A stretch of DNA of 64,000 nt from an uncultured delta proteobacterium (GTDB lineage Bacteria > Myxococcota_A > Polyangia > Palsa-1104): the NCBI GenBank assembly GCA_963785725.1, contig CAWAWS010000026.1, positions 128,001 to 192,000 on the forward strand. Direction: 5' to 3'. The position numbers and the translations under genes are program-made. Under the pieces are notes generated by a model, which searched no databases, was not told the DNA's origin, and saw only the letters and a program-made list of their open reading frames with translations. Positions 1 through 9,945 of the stretch are shown here, piece after piece. Positions within the stretch are counted from its first letter, which is position 1; every line of letters begins with the position of its first letter.

Positions 1-432
1 GCAAATGTTCCCCGGCAACAGCTCTTTCTCGGTGTAGAAGCGCTCGCACGAGACGCAGTACCAGCCTTCGTAGTCGCCCTCGTAGATGAAGCCGTTCTTG
101 TCGAGATCGCGCCACAGCTGCTGGACCGTGGCTTCGTGATCGGCGTCGGTCGTGCGGATGAAGTCGTCGTTCGAGACCTCGAGCGCCTTCCACGTCGCGC
201 GATAGGCGTCGGCGAACTTGTCGGCGTAGTGGCGCGGCGTGACCTGCGCCGTCTCGGCCAGGCGCGCGATCTTCTGGCCGTGCTCGTCGGTGCCGGTGAG
301 GAACATCGTGTCGTCGCCGCGCAGGCGGTGATAGCGCGCGAGCGCGTCGCAGACGATCGTCGTGTAGGCGTGGCCGATATGCGGCACATCGGAGACGTAA
401 TAAATCGGCGTCGTGACGTAGAAGCGGGACAT
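1..432 (-). CDS. metG: Methionyl-tRNA synthetase, N-terminal part (continues beyond window start)
   Basis: Manual translation from ATG at 432: MSRFYVTTPIYYVSDVPHIGHAYTTIV with HIGH motif, then GTDEHGQKI. Absent from the ORF track because it is truncated. Confidence 0.96.
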   Translation of the reverse strand, partial: MSRFYVTTPIYYVSDVPHIGHAYTTIVCDALARYHRLRGDDTMFLTGTDEHGQKIARLAETAQVTPRHYADKFADAYRATWKALEVSNDDFIRTTDADHEATVQQLWRDLDKNGFIYEGDYEGWYCVSCERFYTEKELLPGNIC

Positions 433-433
433 G

Positions 434-2278
434 TCAGCTCTCGTGATGATCGTCGGAGTCGTTGGGTTCGGCGTCGTTGTTGGGCACGACCGGCAGCCCG
501 CGCTTGCCCAGCTGCGGCGGCGGAACGAGCACGGTCAAGACGTCGGGCGGGAAGATCTCCGAGCCGCCTTCGTCGAACCAGACGCGCACTTTTTGCCGCA
601 GGACATCGAGCTCGACGACCTTGCCGTTGCCGGCCGGCGTCGAGACGCGCTTGCCGACTTTGGGCAGCGTCTTGCGCATCTCTTTGTACAGGTCGTGCTC
701 GTAGACCAAGCAGCACTTTAGGCGCCCGCATTGACCCGACACTTTGCTCGGGTTGAGCACGAGGCCTTGATCCTTGGCCATCTTGATCGACACCGGGACG
801 AACGCCGGCAGCCACGTCGAGCAGCACAATTCGCGACCGCAGGAGCCGATGCCGCCGACCATCTTGGCTTCGTCGCGCGCGCCGATCTGCCGCATCTCGA
901 TGCGCGCGTGCAGCTTGGCCGCTAGGTCTTTGACGAGGTCGCGGAAGTCGACGCGCTCGTCGCTGGCGAAGAAGAAGAGGACCTTGCCCGACGAGAGCGG
1001 ATACTCGACGCGCACGAGCTTCATGCCGAGGCGATGATCGCGAATGCGCTGCTTGCAGTAGAGGTAGGCTTCGCGCTCGCGGGCGGCGTTCTTGTCCTTG
1101 GCGCGCTCGTCGGTCTCGACGGCACGGCGCAAGATGCGGCGCAGCGGGTCGAGCACGGGCAGGCGGCGCGCCGAGACGGCGATGGTGCCGACGAGCGGAC
1201 CGCGATCGCTCTCGACGACGATGCGATCGCCGCGCACGTAGCCGACTTCGCCGGCGTCGAACTCGTAGATGGTGCCGGCGTCGCGGAACTTCACGCCGGC
1301 GACGTTGGCGAGCGTGCCGGCCGGGACTTGGACCTCGTCGGCGAGCGTGAAGATGTCTTCGCCGTCGGGATCGCGCGCCTCTTTGGCGGCGATCGGCGTC
1401 GGCAGGCGCTCGGGCGCGGCGGCTTCGGCGGCGGCGGCGGCCGGCGGCGGGGTCGCGGAGTCGTCGAGCGTGCCCCAGCCGGCGTCGATCTCGGCAGACG
1501 GGCGCGCCAGCACTTGCGGGCCCGATGGCGGCGTCGCTTGCGGCTGCGTGGGCGCGGCGGCGGCGGGGCGGTCGTCGCGTCGCTCGGGCCGGCGGTCGCG
1601 ATCGCGCGGCGCGCGGTCGTTGTCGCGCGCGGCGTTGGCGTTGGCGTCGCGCGCCGGGCGGTCGTTGTTGTCGCGCGGGCCGCGGTTGCGGTCGCTGCCG
1701 CCGCGATCGCCGCGCGGCTCGCTCGGGCGATCGGGGCGCGCCGACTGCTGCGGCCGCTCGTTGCGCGGCCGTTCGCCGCGGCCCGGCTGCGGCGCGCGCT
1801 CGCTCGGGCGCTCGTTGCGCGGACGCTCGCCGCGCGCGTCGTTGGGTCGCTCGCCGCGCGGACGGTCGCCGCCGCGGGCTTCGGCCGGCCGCTCGCCGCC
1901 GCGACCGCTCGCGCGATCCTGACGCGGGCGATCGCTGTTGTTGTTGGGGTTATTGGGACCGCGTGGTCGTTCGCCGCGCGGTCGATTGCCGTCGCCGCGC
2001 GCGTCGGCGGCCGGACGCGGTCGGTCGGCCGCGTCGTCGCCGGGACGGTCGCCACGCGGCGCCGCCGGTCGTTCGCCGCGCGCTTCGGCCGGACCGCGCG
2101 GCGCGTTCGTTGCCGCCGGCGCCGGGCGTGGACGCTCGCCGGCGTCGCCGGTCGCATCCCCGGCGCGCGCGTCGTCGCGCTCGCCCGGACCGCCGCGTCC
2201 GCGACGACGACGGCGCCGATTGTTGCCGCCGCCACCGCCCGCCGGCGGCGCTCCTTCGGATGGCCCTTCGTTACTCAC
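434..2278 (-). CDS. ricT: PSP1/RicT (YaaT) family protein with a long disordered N-terminal extension
   Basis: C-terminal half has FFFASDERVDFRDLVKDLA, RIEMRQIGARDEAK, GGIGSCGRELCC and SGQCGRLKCCL; conserved holB-yaaT-metG order. Confidence 0.92.
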   Translation of the reverse strand: MSNEGPSEGAPPAGGGGGNNRRRRRRGRGGPGERDDARAGDATGDAGERPRPAPAATNAPRGPAEARGERPAAPRGDRPGDDAADRPRPAADARGDGNRPRGERPRGPNNPNNNSDRPRQDRASGRGGERPAEARGGDRPRGERPNDARGERPRNERPSERAPQPGRGERPRNERPQQSARPDRPSEPRGDRGGSDRNRGPRDNNDRPARDANANAARDNDRAPRDRDRRPERRDDRPAAAAPTQPQATPPSGPQVLARPSAEIDAGWGTLDDSATPPPAAAAAEAAAPERLPTPIAAKEARDPDGEDIFTLADEVQVPAGTLANVAGVKFRDAGTIYEFDAGEVGYVRGDRIVVESDRGPLVGTIAVSARRLPVLDPLRRILRRAVETDERAKDKNAAREREAYLYCKQRIRDHRLGMKLVRVEYPLSSGKVLFFFASDERVDFRDLVKDLAAKLHARIEMRQIGARDEAKMVGGIGSCGRELCCSTWLPAFVPVSIKMAKDQGLVLNPSKVSGQCGRLKCCLVYEHDLYKEMRKTLPKVGKRVSTPAGNGKVVELDVLRQKVRVWFDEGGSEIFPPDVLTVLVPPPQLGKRGLPVVPNNDAEPNDSDDHHES

Positions 2279-3201
2279 GCGCGCGCCTCTCGCAAAGTCA
2301 GCAGCAGATGCTCCATGGCCAAAGGTGGCGACACATTGCCGCGCAGGGCTTCGACCGTTTCATCGATGGCGCGCAACGCCGTCAAAAGCGACGACGTCGA
2401 CCAATTGGACCAGCCACGCGCCAGGTCGACGCGCGCCGCCGACACGCGTGCGCCAGCGTCGTCGTTGCCGTCGTCACCGCCGGCCGACAGCTGCTCGCGG
2501 ACCAAGATCGCGTCGCGCAGGCGGCGCCACAAGGCGGACGTCAACGCCAGCGCCTCGTCGCGATCGCCGGCCAACTCCGAGGCGGCCGCGAACAGCGCCG
2601 ACACTTTGGGCGCGGCCGTCGCCGCTTCCAGCGTCGCCATCGCCGCTTCTCGCTGCGCGCGCGCTTCGTCGTCGAGGACAGGCTCCTCGCGCGGCCAAAA
2701 ACGCAGCCGCTGACAGCGCGACAACACCGTAATCGGCAGACGCCGTGCCTCGGCCGTCACGAGCAAGAAGTGCGTATTGGCGGGCGGCTCTTCCAGCGTC
2801 TTCAAGAGCACGTTGGCCGCTTCGGCGCGCTCGGGCACCGGCGCCAAGAGGTGCGCCGGGTCGAAGATGACGACGCGGGCGCGCCCTTCGTGCGGGCGAA
2901 ACCCGAGCGTCGTCAACAGCTCGCGGACGCGCTCGGTGAGCCCTTTGGGCGTCATGTCGAACCAAACGACGTCGGGATGCGTGCCGGCCTCGACCTTGGC
3001 GCACGAGGCGCAGGTGCCGCAGCCGTCGGGGTCGCGACGGTCGCATTCGAGCGCCATCGCCAGGGCGCGCGCGCAGGCGGCCTTGCCCGCGCCCTCGGGA
3101 CCTTCGAAAACATAGGCGTGGTGCAGTTTTTTCGCGGCGAGCGCGGCGCGCAGAATGTCGACGGCGCGCGTCTGTCCTTCGATGCTGCCGAGGCCGGCCA
3201 T
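2275..3201 (-). CDS. holB: DNA polymerase III subunit delta'
   Basis: HHAYVFEGPEGAGK, Zn motif CGTCASC, HPDV, AANVLLKTLEEPP, TVLSRCQ. Start taken at ATG 3201 (alternative 3219). Confidence 0.93.
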   Translation of the reverse strand: MAGLGSIEGQTRAVDILRAALAAKKLHHAYVFEGPEGAGKAACARALAMALECDRRDPDGCGTCASCAKVEAGTHPDVVWFDMTPKGLTERVRELLTTLGFRPHEGRARVVIFDPAHLLAPVPERAEAANVLLKTLEEPPANTHFLLVTAEARRLPITVLSRCQRLRFWPREEPVLDDEARAQREAAMATLEAATAAPKVSALFAAASELAGDRDEALALTSALWRRLRDAILVREQLSAGGDDGNDDAGARVSAARVDLARGWSNWSTSSLLTALRAIDETVEALRGNVSPPLAMEHLLLTLREARA

Positions 3202-3261
3202 GTGGCGCCAGCCTAGCATGCCGCCGGTGGATTCGCCTGCGCGATGACGTATAAAGAAGTC

Positions 3262-3927
3262 ATGGGAATCCTCGATCGGATCTCGCGGCTGGTCTCCTCG
3301 AACGTCAACTCGGCCATCGACAAGATGTCGGACCCGGGCAAGGAGATCGATCAGCTCGTCATCGACATGGAGCAGCAGCTCAAGAAGGCGCGGCTCGAAG
3401 TGCACGGCGCGCTCGCCGTCGAGAAGCGGCAGCGGGTGCGCGCCGAAGAGCTGGCCAAGAGCTCGCAAGAGTGGCAGGACCGCGCCGAGCGAGCGCTGCG
3501 CGCCGGCGACGAGAGCTTGGCGCGCGAGGCGCTCAAGCGCAAAGGCGAGATCGACGCCGAAGGCTTGACGGCGACGCGCGGTTTGAGCGACTCGGTGGCG
3601 CACGCCGAGGCGCTGACGACGGCGCTGAAGCAGCTCGAAGCGCGCATCGGCGAGGTCAAGCTGCGCAAGGAGTCGCTCAAGGCCAAGGCGCGCGCGAGCC
3701 GGGGCAAGAATCCGCTCGGCTCATCGGCGCTGGACGAGTTCGATCGCCTCAACGGCAAAGTCGACGCGCTCGACGCCGAGGCCGAGATCGACGAAGAGCT
3801 GGCCAAGCTGAAGCACGAAGACGCGGCCAGCCGCGAAGTGGAGCGCAAGCTGAACGCGCTCAGCACGAACAAAGACCTCGACGATCGGCTGGCGGCGCTG
3901 AAGGCGAAGCTGGATAAGCCCGAATAG
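3262..3927 (+). CDS. pspA: PspA/IM30 family coiled-coil protein
   Basis: MGILDRISRLVSSNVNSAIDKMSDPGKEIDQLVIDM N-terminus, GDESLAREAL, and LAALKAKL C-terminus. Confidence 0.88.
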   Translation: MGILDRISRLVSSNVNSAIDKMSDPGKEIDQLVIDMEQQLKKARLEVHGALAVEKRQRVRAEELAKSSQEWQDRAERALRAGDESLAREALKRKGEIDAEGLTATRGLSDSVAHAEALTTALKQLEARIGEVKLRKESLKAKARASRGKNPLGSSALDEFDRLNGKVDALDAEAEIDEELAKLKHEDAASREVERKLNALSTNKDLDDRLAALKAKLDKPE

Positions 3928-3938
3928 GTGGAAAAGCG

Positions 3939-5303
3939 TTATTCGCCCTTGAAGAAGAAGGGGAACGAGACGTTGCAGATGACGCCGTTGGGCTTCGGGA
4001 ACTGCCAGTTCTTGACCTGACGCGACATGCAGCTCTCGGCGCTGGGGCTGCCGAGTGACGAGCTCTCGACGCGCGTGCCTTCGACGTGACCGTCGAGCTG
4101 CACCTTCCAGTTGAGCACGACCTTGCCGGCCAAGTGCGGGAAGCGCTGCAGCTCCTTCGAGTAGCAGAACTCGAGCGCGGCGCGATGCGCGGCCACGACC
4201 TTGTAGATTTGCTCTTTGGAGAGGCCGCCGTCGGCGTCGGCGGTGCCGGTCTGCATGCCGACCTTCATCTCCTTGCCGAGGTGGCCGCCGCCCGAGCCGG
4301 TGGCGTGCGCGCCTTTGCCGCCGCCGCCCGTCGCCAAGTTGCCGACGCCGAGCAGCTGTCCGTTGCCCTTGCCGCCGCCGCCGCCGCCTTCGCCGCGCGT
4401 CGACATGCCGCCCGAGCCGCGTCCGACGACGAGCTCGGTGCCCTTCAAGCCGGCCAGCGCCGTCGTCATCGTGGCGTCGGGCGTGTCCGAGAGCAGCGTC
4501 TTGAGCGCCTGCGACTGCTTGCCGGCCTTGAGCGACCCGAGCAGGCCCATGTTTTGCACTTTGCGCACGATTTGATCGCGGTCGCCTTTGGGAATCTTCG
4601 TCTCGGCGACCTTGGCGTCTTGGTTGCCGACTTTGCCTTCCTTCTCGCGTGCGCGCTTCGACGCGTCGTCTTCGCGGACCTTGCGCTTGCCGCCGTCGGC
4701 CTTCTTCTCTTTTTCGGGCTCGGGCTCTTTCGGCGCGTCCATGAGGATCTTGGCGATGGCCGTCGACGGCGGCGGGTCGAGATCCATGGCGTCGTTCGGC
4801 TCCCACATGATCCAGCCGATCGTGAGGATCGCGATCTGGACGACGGCGCTCATCGCCAGCGCCTGACCGAAGAACTTGTCGAGCCAGCCGCCGGCGGGTC
4901 CGACGGCGACGCCGGGCGCGATGAACTGGAAGAAGAAGGCGACGTCGCCCGAGTCGTCGAGGCCGATGATGCCCCAGTCGCTCGTCGCCAGCGGCTGCTC
5001 GCGGAAGGGGCCGGCCGACACGCCGCGGCCGTCACGCACGAAGTCGCGCACCGCCTGCTGCTGATGCTCGACGTTGAGCTTGCCGCTCATGCCCTCGGCG
5101 AGCGTCAGCACGTAGCCGGTGTTGTCGGCCGAAGCGCGGAAGAGCGGGAACTCTTCGCCGAGCGCGCCCGAAGAGGGGACGATGAACGTGTCCTTCTTCG
5201 ACGACCCGACGGTGATGGTCTGCGGCGTGGTGAAGACGCGCTCCTCGAGTGGCTCACCATGCCACACGAGCACGACTCTAAGAGGACGCGAGCCGGAATT
5301 CAT
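3939..5303 (-). CDS. GltG/NfsG (PglI/AgmX)-like inner-membrane protein with TonB-C-like C-terminal domain
   Basis: FHA-like N-terminus, one TM helix, charged and Gly-rich linker, C-terminal CYSKELQRFPHLAGKV...WQFPKPNG...VSFPFFF. Confidence 0.85.
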   Translation of the reverse strand: MNSGSRPLRVVLVWHGEPLEERVFTTPQTITVGSSKKDTFIVPSSGALGEEFPLFRASADNTGYVLTLAEGMSGKLNVEHQQQAVRDFVRDGRGVSAGPFREQPLATSDWGIIGLDDSGDVAFFFQFIAPGVAVGPAGGWLDKFFGQALAMSAVVQIAILTIGWIMWEPNDAMDLDPPPSTAIAKILMDAPKEPEPEKEKKADGGKRKVREDDASKRAREKEGKVGNQDAKVAETKIPKGDRDQIVRKVQNMGLLGSLKAGKQSQALKTLLSDTPDATMTTALAGLKGTELVVGRGSGGMSTRGEGGGGGGKGNGQLLGVGNLATGGGGKGAHATGSGGGHLGKEMKVGMQTGTADADGGLSKEQIYKVVAAHRAALEFCYSKELQRFPHLAGKVVLNWKVQLDGHVEGTRVESSSLGSPSAESCMSRQVKNWQFPKPNGVICNVSFPFFFKGE

Positions 5304-5318
5304 CGCGTCATCAGCGTA

Positions 5319-5636
5319 TCACATCTCGTCGGTAGAGCGCTTCAATTCGGGGATGAAGCTCCGTTTGTCGGGCGTTGTCGTATCGAACTCCGACTTCATG
5401 CGGTTCAAGAAGTACATGAGCTGCGGCGTCTTCAACTTGCCGTCGATATCGAGCCCGCCGAACGTGTATTGCTTCGATTTCTGACCCGTCTTGGCGTCGA
5501 CGGTGGTCGGTCCGCCGTCGTCGGGCTTGGCCTTTTCGGGCGCCTTTTTCTTCTGCGCGGCGGCGGGTGTCACTGCCATGAGCGCGACGGCAGTCACCGT
5601 AACGATCGCAAGAACAGCGCGACGAGTGAGACTCAC
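5319..5636 (-). CDS. GltF/CglF/NfsF-like small secreted protein
   Basis: GTG at 5636 overlaps the upstream TGA and follows a GGAGG RBS; signal peptide; FGGLDIDGKLKTP...RSFIPELKRS resembles the GltF motif; sits between GltE- and GltG-like genes. Confidence 0.75.
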   Translation of the reverse strand: MSLTRRAVLAIVTVTAVALMAVTPAAAQKKKAPEKAKPDDGGPTTVDAKTGQKSKQYTFGGLDIDGKLKTPQLMYFLNRMKSEFDTTTPDKRSFIPELKRSTDEM

Positions 5637-6856
5637 GGTGAACCTCCCGGCTTCTTCAGTTGTGACGACGGCGACGCCGCTGACGGCGGCGGCGGCGCCG
5701 ACTTGGCCAGCTCTTTCAGGCGCGCTTCGGCCTCGGCATGGCGCGGATGGCCGAGCGTCGCGACCTTCATGTATTCGTCGAGCCGCGCGCGCGCCTTGGC
5801 GGGATCCTTTTTGAAGTCCATGTGCAGGACGACCAAGTTGTAGAGCGCGTCGGCGGCGCCGAGGCCGTTCGGCTCGGCGGCGAGCGCCTTCTCGTACGAC
5901 TTCTGCGCGGCGTCGAACTTGCCCTGTCCGCGCTCGGCGACGCCCAATGCGTTCCACGCGTCGACGTCGCTGGGATCGGCCTTGGTGATGCCGCGTAATT
6001 CCTCGGCCGCGCGCTCGTAGTCGCCGCAATCCAAGTAGACGATCGCTTTATTACGCCGAGCGACTGTCAGCGTCGGATCGAGCCGCGACGCCGCGTCGAA
6101 GTGCGCGAAGGCCTCCTGATCGCGCCGGCGCGCCAGCGCCACGAGCCCCAAATTGTTGTACACGTCGGCGGCGGCGCGACCGTCTTTGTCGCCCTCTTCT
6201 TTGTGCGCGCCGGCTTTGGGCTCGGCGATATCGAGCGCGCGATGCAGCACGAGGTCGGCCAACTCATGCTGGCCGCGCGCTTCGTAGACCATGCCGAGCG
6301 CGTTCAGCGCCGTCGACGAGCGCGGCTCGGCGCGCAAGACGCCGCGCAGCACCTCGGTGGCGTCGTCGAGCTTGTTGGCGCGGCGCAGCGCGTTGGCCAA
6401 CTGCACGCGCGCCGCGGCCGTCGCCGCGCCCGGCGGCGGCTTGTCGACCCAGCCGCGCAGCACCTTGACGGCATCGGCGGCGCGACCGGCCTCCAGATAG
6501 GCGTCGGCCAGCGCCTGCACCGTCGGCAAATGCGTCGGCAAAATGGAGTGCGCCTTTTCCAGCGGCGGAATGGCCTCCGCCTCGTGATGGCGCTGTAACT
6601 CGAGATAGCCGGTGTCGTACCAGGCTTCCCAAAGCCCGGCGTCGAGGTCGATGGCGTCTTTGAGCCGCTCGAGCGCGCGATCGTAGTTGCCGCTGCCGAG
6701 GCGCACGAGGCGCGCGGCGTCTTTGAGCGCCTCGATCGCCTCCGGTTTGGCCGGCGGCAGCTTGGGCACTTCGACTTGCTTGGGCGCCGACGCGCAGCCC
6801 GATATCGCCATAATCAATATCGAATGCGCGAAAACGAATGCGAAACGGCGATTCAT
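5633..6856 (-). CDS. TPR lipoprotein, GltE/AglT/NfsE-like
   Basis: Lipobox ISGC followed by many TPR repeats (ALNALGMVY, VYNNLGLV, AWNALGVA); operon position. Confidence 0.8.
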   Translation of the reverse strand: MNRRFAFVFAHSILIMAISGCASAPKQVEVPKLPPAKPEAIEALKDAARLVRLGSGNYDRALERLKDAIDLDAGLWEAWYDTGYLELQRHHEAEAIPPLEKAHSILPTHLPTVQALADAYLEAGRAADAVKVLRGWVDKPPPGAATAAARVQLANALRRANKLDDATEVLRGVLRAEPRSSTALNALGMVYEARGQHELADLVLHRALDIAEPKAGAHKEEGDKDGRAAADVYNNLGLVALARRRDQEAFAHFDAASRLDPTLTVARRNKAIVYLDCGDYERAAEELRGITKADPSDVDAWNALGVAERGQGKFDAAQKSYEKALAAEPNGLGAADALYNLVVLHMDFKKDPAKARARLDEYMKVATLGHPRHAEAEARLKELAKSAPPPPSAASPSSQLKKPGGSP

Positions 6857-9800
6857 CGCTGCACCGCCGAGACGAACGGCAGCGCGGGGCGCGGCTCGGC
6901 GACGGCCGGACGTGCGCGCGCTTCGGCTTCGGGCGGGAACTCCTGGTCGCTCATGCGTCCCAAGGCCGCGCGCAGCTTTTGCGTAAACTCGTTATAAACG
7001 CCGAGCTGCAGCGCCTTTTGATAGCCCGTCTTGTACGCGTCGATGGCCTTCTCTTCGACGACGACGACCACCTTCTCGAGCTCGTCGCGATAGACCTGCT
7101 GCTCGTCGGCGCTCAGCTGCGCCGGCACCGGTGCGCCGCGCAACGCCTTGGCAAATCGCTCATAAGCGTCACCGATGCGATACAGCGCCGCGGTCGCCCA
7201 TTCGGGATCATTGAAAGTGACGACGTCGACATAAGCCTGCTTGGCCTTCTCGAGCAGCTGCGATTTCTCGTCGAGCGTGCGCTTGAGCTTCTTGGCGTCG
7301 GTGGCCAACTTCACGCGCTCGAACTCGTGAAACAGCAGCTCGCCTTCGAGATAACGCGCATGCGCCGCCGCGCCCGCCGCCGCTTTGTCGTTCGTCCGCT
7401 TGAATAACGCGACCGCCTCTTTGAGCGGGCCGGCCGCCTTCTTCTCTTGATTGGCGGCGATATATTCGGCGCCTTGTCGCGAGAAGGCCTCGATGGTCTG
7501 CGCAGTTCCCGGATAACGAACGGCATAATCGCTGAACGCGTGCGCCGCCGCCTCGTGCTGGCCGGCGTCGGCATAGACGACACCGATACGGAACGCGACC
7601 TGCTTGACGTCGTCGCGCTGCTGATAGCGCCGCGCATAAGCGCCATAAGCGGTAATCGCCGCCTGCGTGTCGCCCAAATGCTCGCGCAACAAACCGGCAT
7701 TGAAGAGGGCATCGGCGGCGTGCGTATCTTTAGGATAACGATCGGCCAATAGTTGATAAAAGCGCGCCGCTTGATCCCACAATGCCGCTTGTTCGTAGAG
7801 CTTGCCGGCATTCCATGCGGCATTTCCCGCTTCATTCGAGTTGGGATATTTCTCGACCAGAATGGCGTCCAGCTTGACCGCCTCTTCCGGTTTTCCCGCG
7901 CGCACATACAAGCTGGCGGCATTGGTCAGCGCCGCCGTCGCGCGCGTCGACGCCGGGAATTCGTTGGCCACGCGCGTGTAAATCGCGGCCGCGGCCAGCG
8001 GATCGGTCTCCGCCTTTTGCTCGCCCGCCTTCATGCCGGCGTCGACGACCAGCTTCGACAGTCGCTCCTGATCGTCCTTGGCCTGAAACGCCGGCACTTT
8101 CAATAGACGCCGCGCCCACGCTTCGACGTTCTCGTAGTCCTTGGCCTTGTTCAGCGACTCCAAGATCCGATCGCCGGCCGCGGCCGCCGCCGGATTTTTC
8201 GGATACTTTTCGACGATCAGTCCAAAGCGTTTTACGGCTTCGTCATAATCGCCGTAGTCATAGAAGAGCTGACCATTCTTCAAGAGCACGCCGGCGATTT
8301 CCGGATCTTGCGGGAACAGCGTCGCATAGAGGTCGATCGCTTCGCCCATATGCTTGTCCGACGGCAAGATCTCGCGCTTCGACCCCGTTACGCGCTCGCG
8401 CCGCACTTTCTCGTAAGCATTGATCGACTGCAACAACGCCTCGCGATGCAGCTTGCCGACCGGCTTCGCTTTGCCGACCGCCAAATAAGAATCGCCCGCT
8501 TCCTCGTATCGCTTCAGCTTGAAGAAATAGATATCGCCGAGCAGGTAATGCGCTTCGGTGGCATCGGGGTCGTGCTCGAAACGCGAGAGATAGTAGGCAT
8601 AAGCCTCGGCCGCTCGCGTATAGCGCTCGCCGTCGATATGCCCGTGCTGCTGCTGCTCGTTCCTTTGCGCCTCGGCGTGCAGCCCTTTGGCCACCTCGTG
8701 CAGCATCGTCGCCGCCACTTGATGCGCGTGCTCGACCGCCTGCGGGTTCTGCTGCGCCTTGGCCCATTCGCTGTCGGGGCCATAATTCTCGGCCAAATGA
8801 CGCAGCTCTTTGACGGCCTCTTTGTTCTGATCCATTTCGCGCATCGCCTCGACGATGCGCTTTTGCCGGTCGGGGCTCTGCTCGTCATTGGGATCGAGCT
8901 TGATTAAGAAGCGCTCCGATTCGATGGCGCGGTCATAGCGCGCCTGCGCATAAAACGTGTCGGCCAACTTGGCGATGACTTTGCGCGAATACGAGGCACC
9001 GCCAATCGACGCCAAGAAATCGAAGGCGTCTTTCGGCCCTTTGCGCTCGTCTTCGGTGAACACTTGCACGAGCTGTTCGAGCGCTTCGCCTTTGAGCTCC
9101 TCGAGCCGCTTACGACCCGATTCCGTCAATTGATGGGCGCGGGCCACCGAGCTCGTCGTCGTGCCCGAGCCCAAATCGAGCACCTCTTTGAAACGCCGCG
9201 CCGCCTTATCCGACTCGCCTAGCTTCCAATAGCACCAAGCGGTCTTGAATAGCGCCAAGTCGTAGAGCGGTGAATCGGGAAACTTCAGCACCTCGTCATA
9301 TCCGGCGAGCGCGCTCTTGTAGTCGTTGTCGTCGTAAAAGCGCGCTTCGGCGACGGCCATCCAGGCGTCGGGACGAAAGCGCGACTCGGGATGCTCGTTC
9401 AAGATGCGTTTGTATTGCACCAGCGCTTGGTCGAGCTTGCCTTCGGAGCGCAGCGAAAAGCCGTATAGATAGAGCACCGCGTCGGTCTTGCGGAAATTGG
9501 GATATTCATTCAATAGCCGCTTGTAAATGACCTGCGATGACACGAGGTCGAGCTGCGGCTGCGGCGGCGAATGACAGGGCGCTTTGCCCTTTTGCGCGTT
9601 GCATTGCTCGACGGCGGCATTGAACGTCGCCATGTCGCTCAAGAACTGCGACTTCGCCTCTTCCCACTTGAGCTCGGCCAGCTGAAACATGACCTCCGCC
9701 GTTTGCGGCGTCGGTCCGTGCTCGCGCAGATATTGTTCGAGCAGCGCGATTCCTTGCCGCCGCTTGACCACGACTTGCGCCTCTTTTTGCCGCAAGACCT

Positions 9801-9945
9801 GCTCGACCTGCGCCGAAACCGCGAGATTGCGCGCGCGCGCGCCGGCCGACAGGCGCGCCTCTTCGTATTCGCCGCCGGCATAGGCCGACAGCGGGGCGCA
9901 CGCCAAGAAGGCCGCGAGTAGCTTATTTATAGTTTTCGTACTCAT
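6853..9945 (-). CDS. Large periplasmic TPR protein, GltD/AgmU/NfsD-like
   Basis: 1030 aa, signal peptide, extensive TPRs, C-terminal WATAALYRIG...YRDELEK...EEKAIDAY...ALQLGVYNEF typical of the GltD family. Confidence 0.82.
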   Translation of the reverse strand: MSTKTINKLLAAFLACAPLSAYAGGEYEEARLSAGARARNLAVSAQVEQVLRQKEAQVVVKRRQGIALLEQYLREHGPTPQTAEVMFQLAELKWEEAKSQFLSDMATFNAAVEQCNAQKGKAPCHSPPQPQLDLVSSQVIYKRLLNEYPNFRKTDAVLYLYGFSLRSEGKLDQALVQYKRILNEHPESRFRPDAWMAVAEARFYDDNDYKSALAGYDEVLKFPDSPLYDLALFKTAWCYWKLGESDKAARRFKEVLDLGSGTTTSSVARAHQLTESGRKRLEELKGEALEQLVQVFTEDERKGPKDAFDFLASIGGASYSRKVIAKLADTFYAQARYDRAIESERFLIKLDPNDEQSPDRQKRIVEAMREMDQNKEAVKELRHLAENYGPDSEWAKAQQNPQAVEHAHQVAATMLHEVAKGLHAEAQRNEQQQHGHIDGERYTRAAEAYAYYLSRFEHDPDATEAHYLLGDIYFFKLKRYEEAGDSYLAVGKAKPVGKLHREALLQSINAYEKVRRERVTGSKREILPSDKHMGEAIDLYATLFPQDPEIAGVLLKNGQLFYDYGDYDEAVKRFGLIVEKYPKNPAAAAAGDRILESLNKAKDYENVEAWARRLLKVPAFQAKDDQERLSKLVVDAGMKAGEQKAETDPLAAAAIYTRVANEFPASTRATAALTNAASLYVRAGKPEEAVKLDAILVEKYPNSNEAGNAAWNAGKLYEQAALWDQAARFYQLLADRYPKDTHAADALFNAGLLREHLGDTQAAITAYGAYARRYQQRDDVKQVAFRIGVVYADAGQHEAAAHAFSDYAVRYPGTAQTIEAFSRQGAEYIAANQEKKAAGPLKEAVALFKRTNDKAAAGAAAHARYLEGELLFHEFERVKLATDAKKLKRTLDEKSQLLEKAKQAYVDVVTFNDPEWATAALYRIGDAYERFAKALRGAPVPAQLSADEQQVYRDELEKVVVVVEEKAIDAYKTGYQKALQLGVYNEFTQKLRAALGRMSDQEFPPEAEARARPAVAEPRPALPFVSAVQR

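Noticed and set aside
1600..2160. Repeated TCGCCGCGCG-type units as a CRISPR or DNA repeat array
   Set aside because: Irregular spacing, no constant repeat/unique spacer structure and no cas genes; they encode the RGERP peptide repeats of RicT.
6853..9945. Lower-GC stretch as a genomic island or prophage
   Set aside because: No integrase, transposase, att-like repeats or tRNA nearby, and the gene is translationally coupled within the operon; kept only as a compositional finding.
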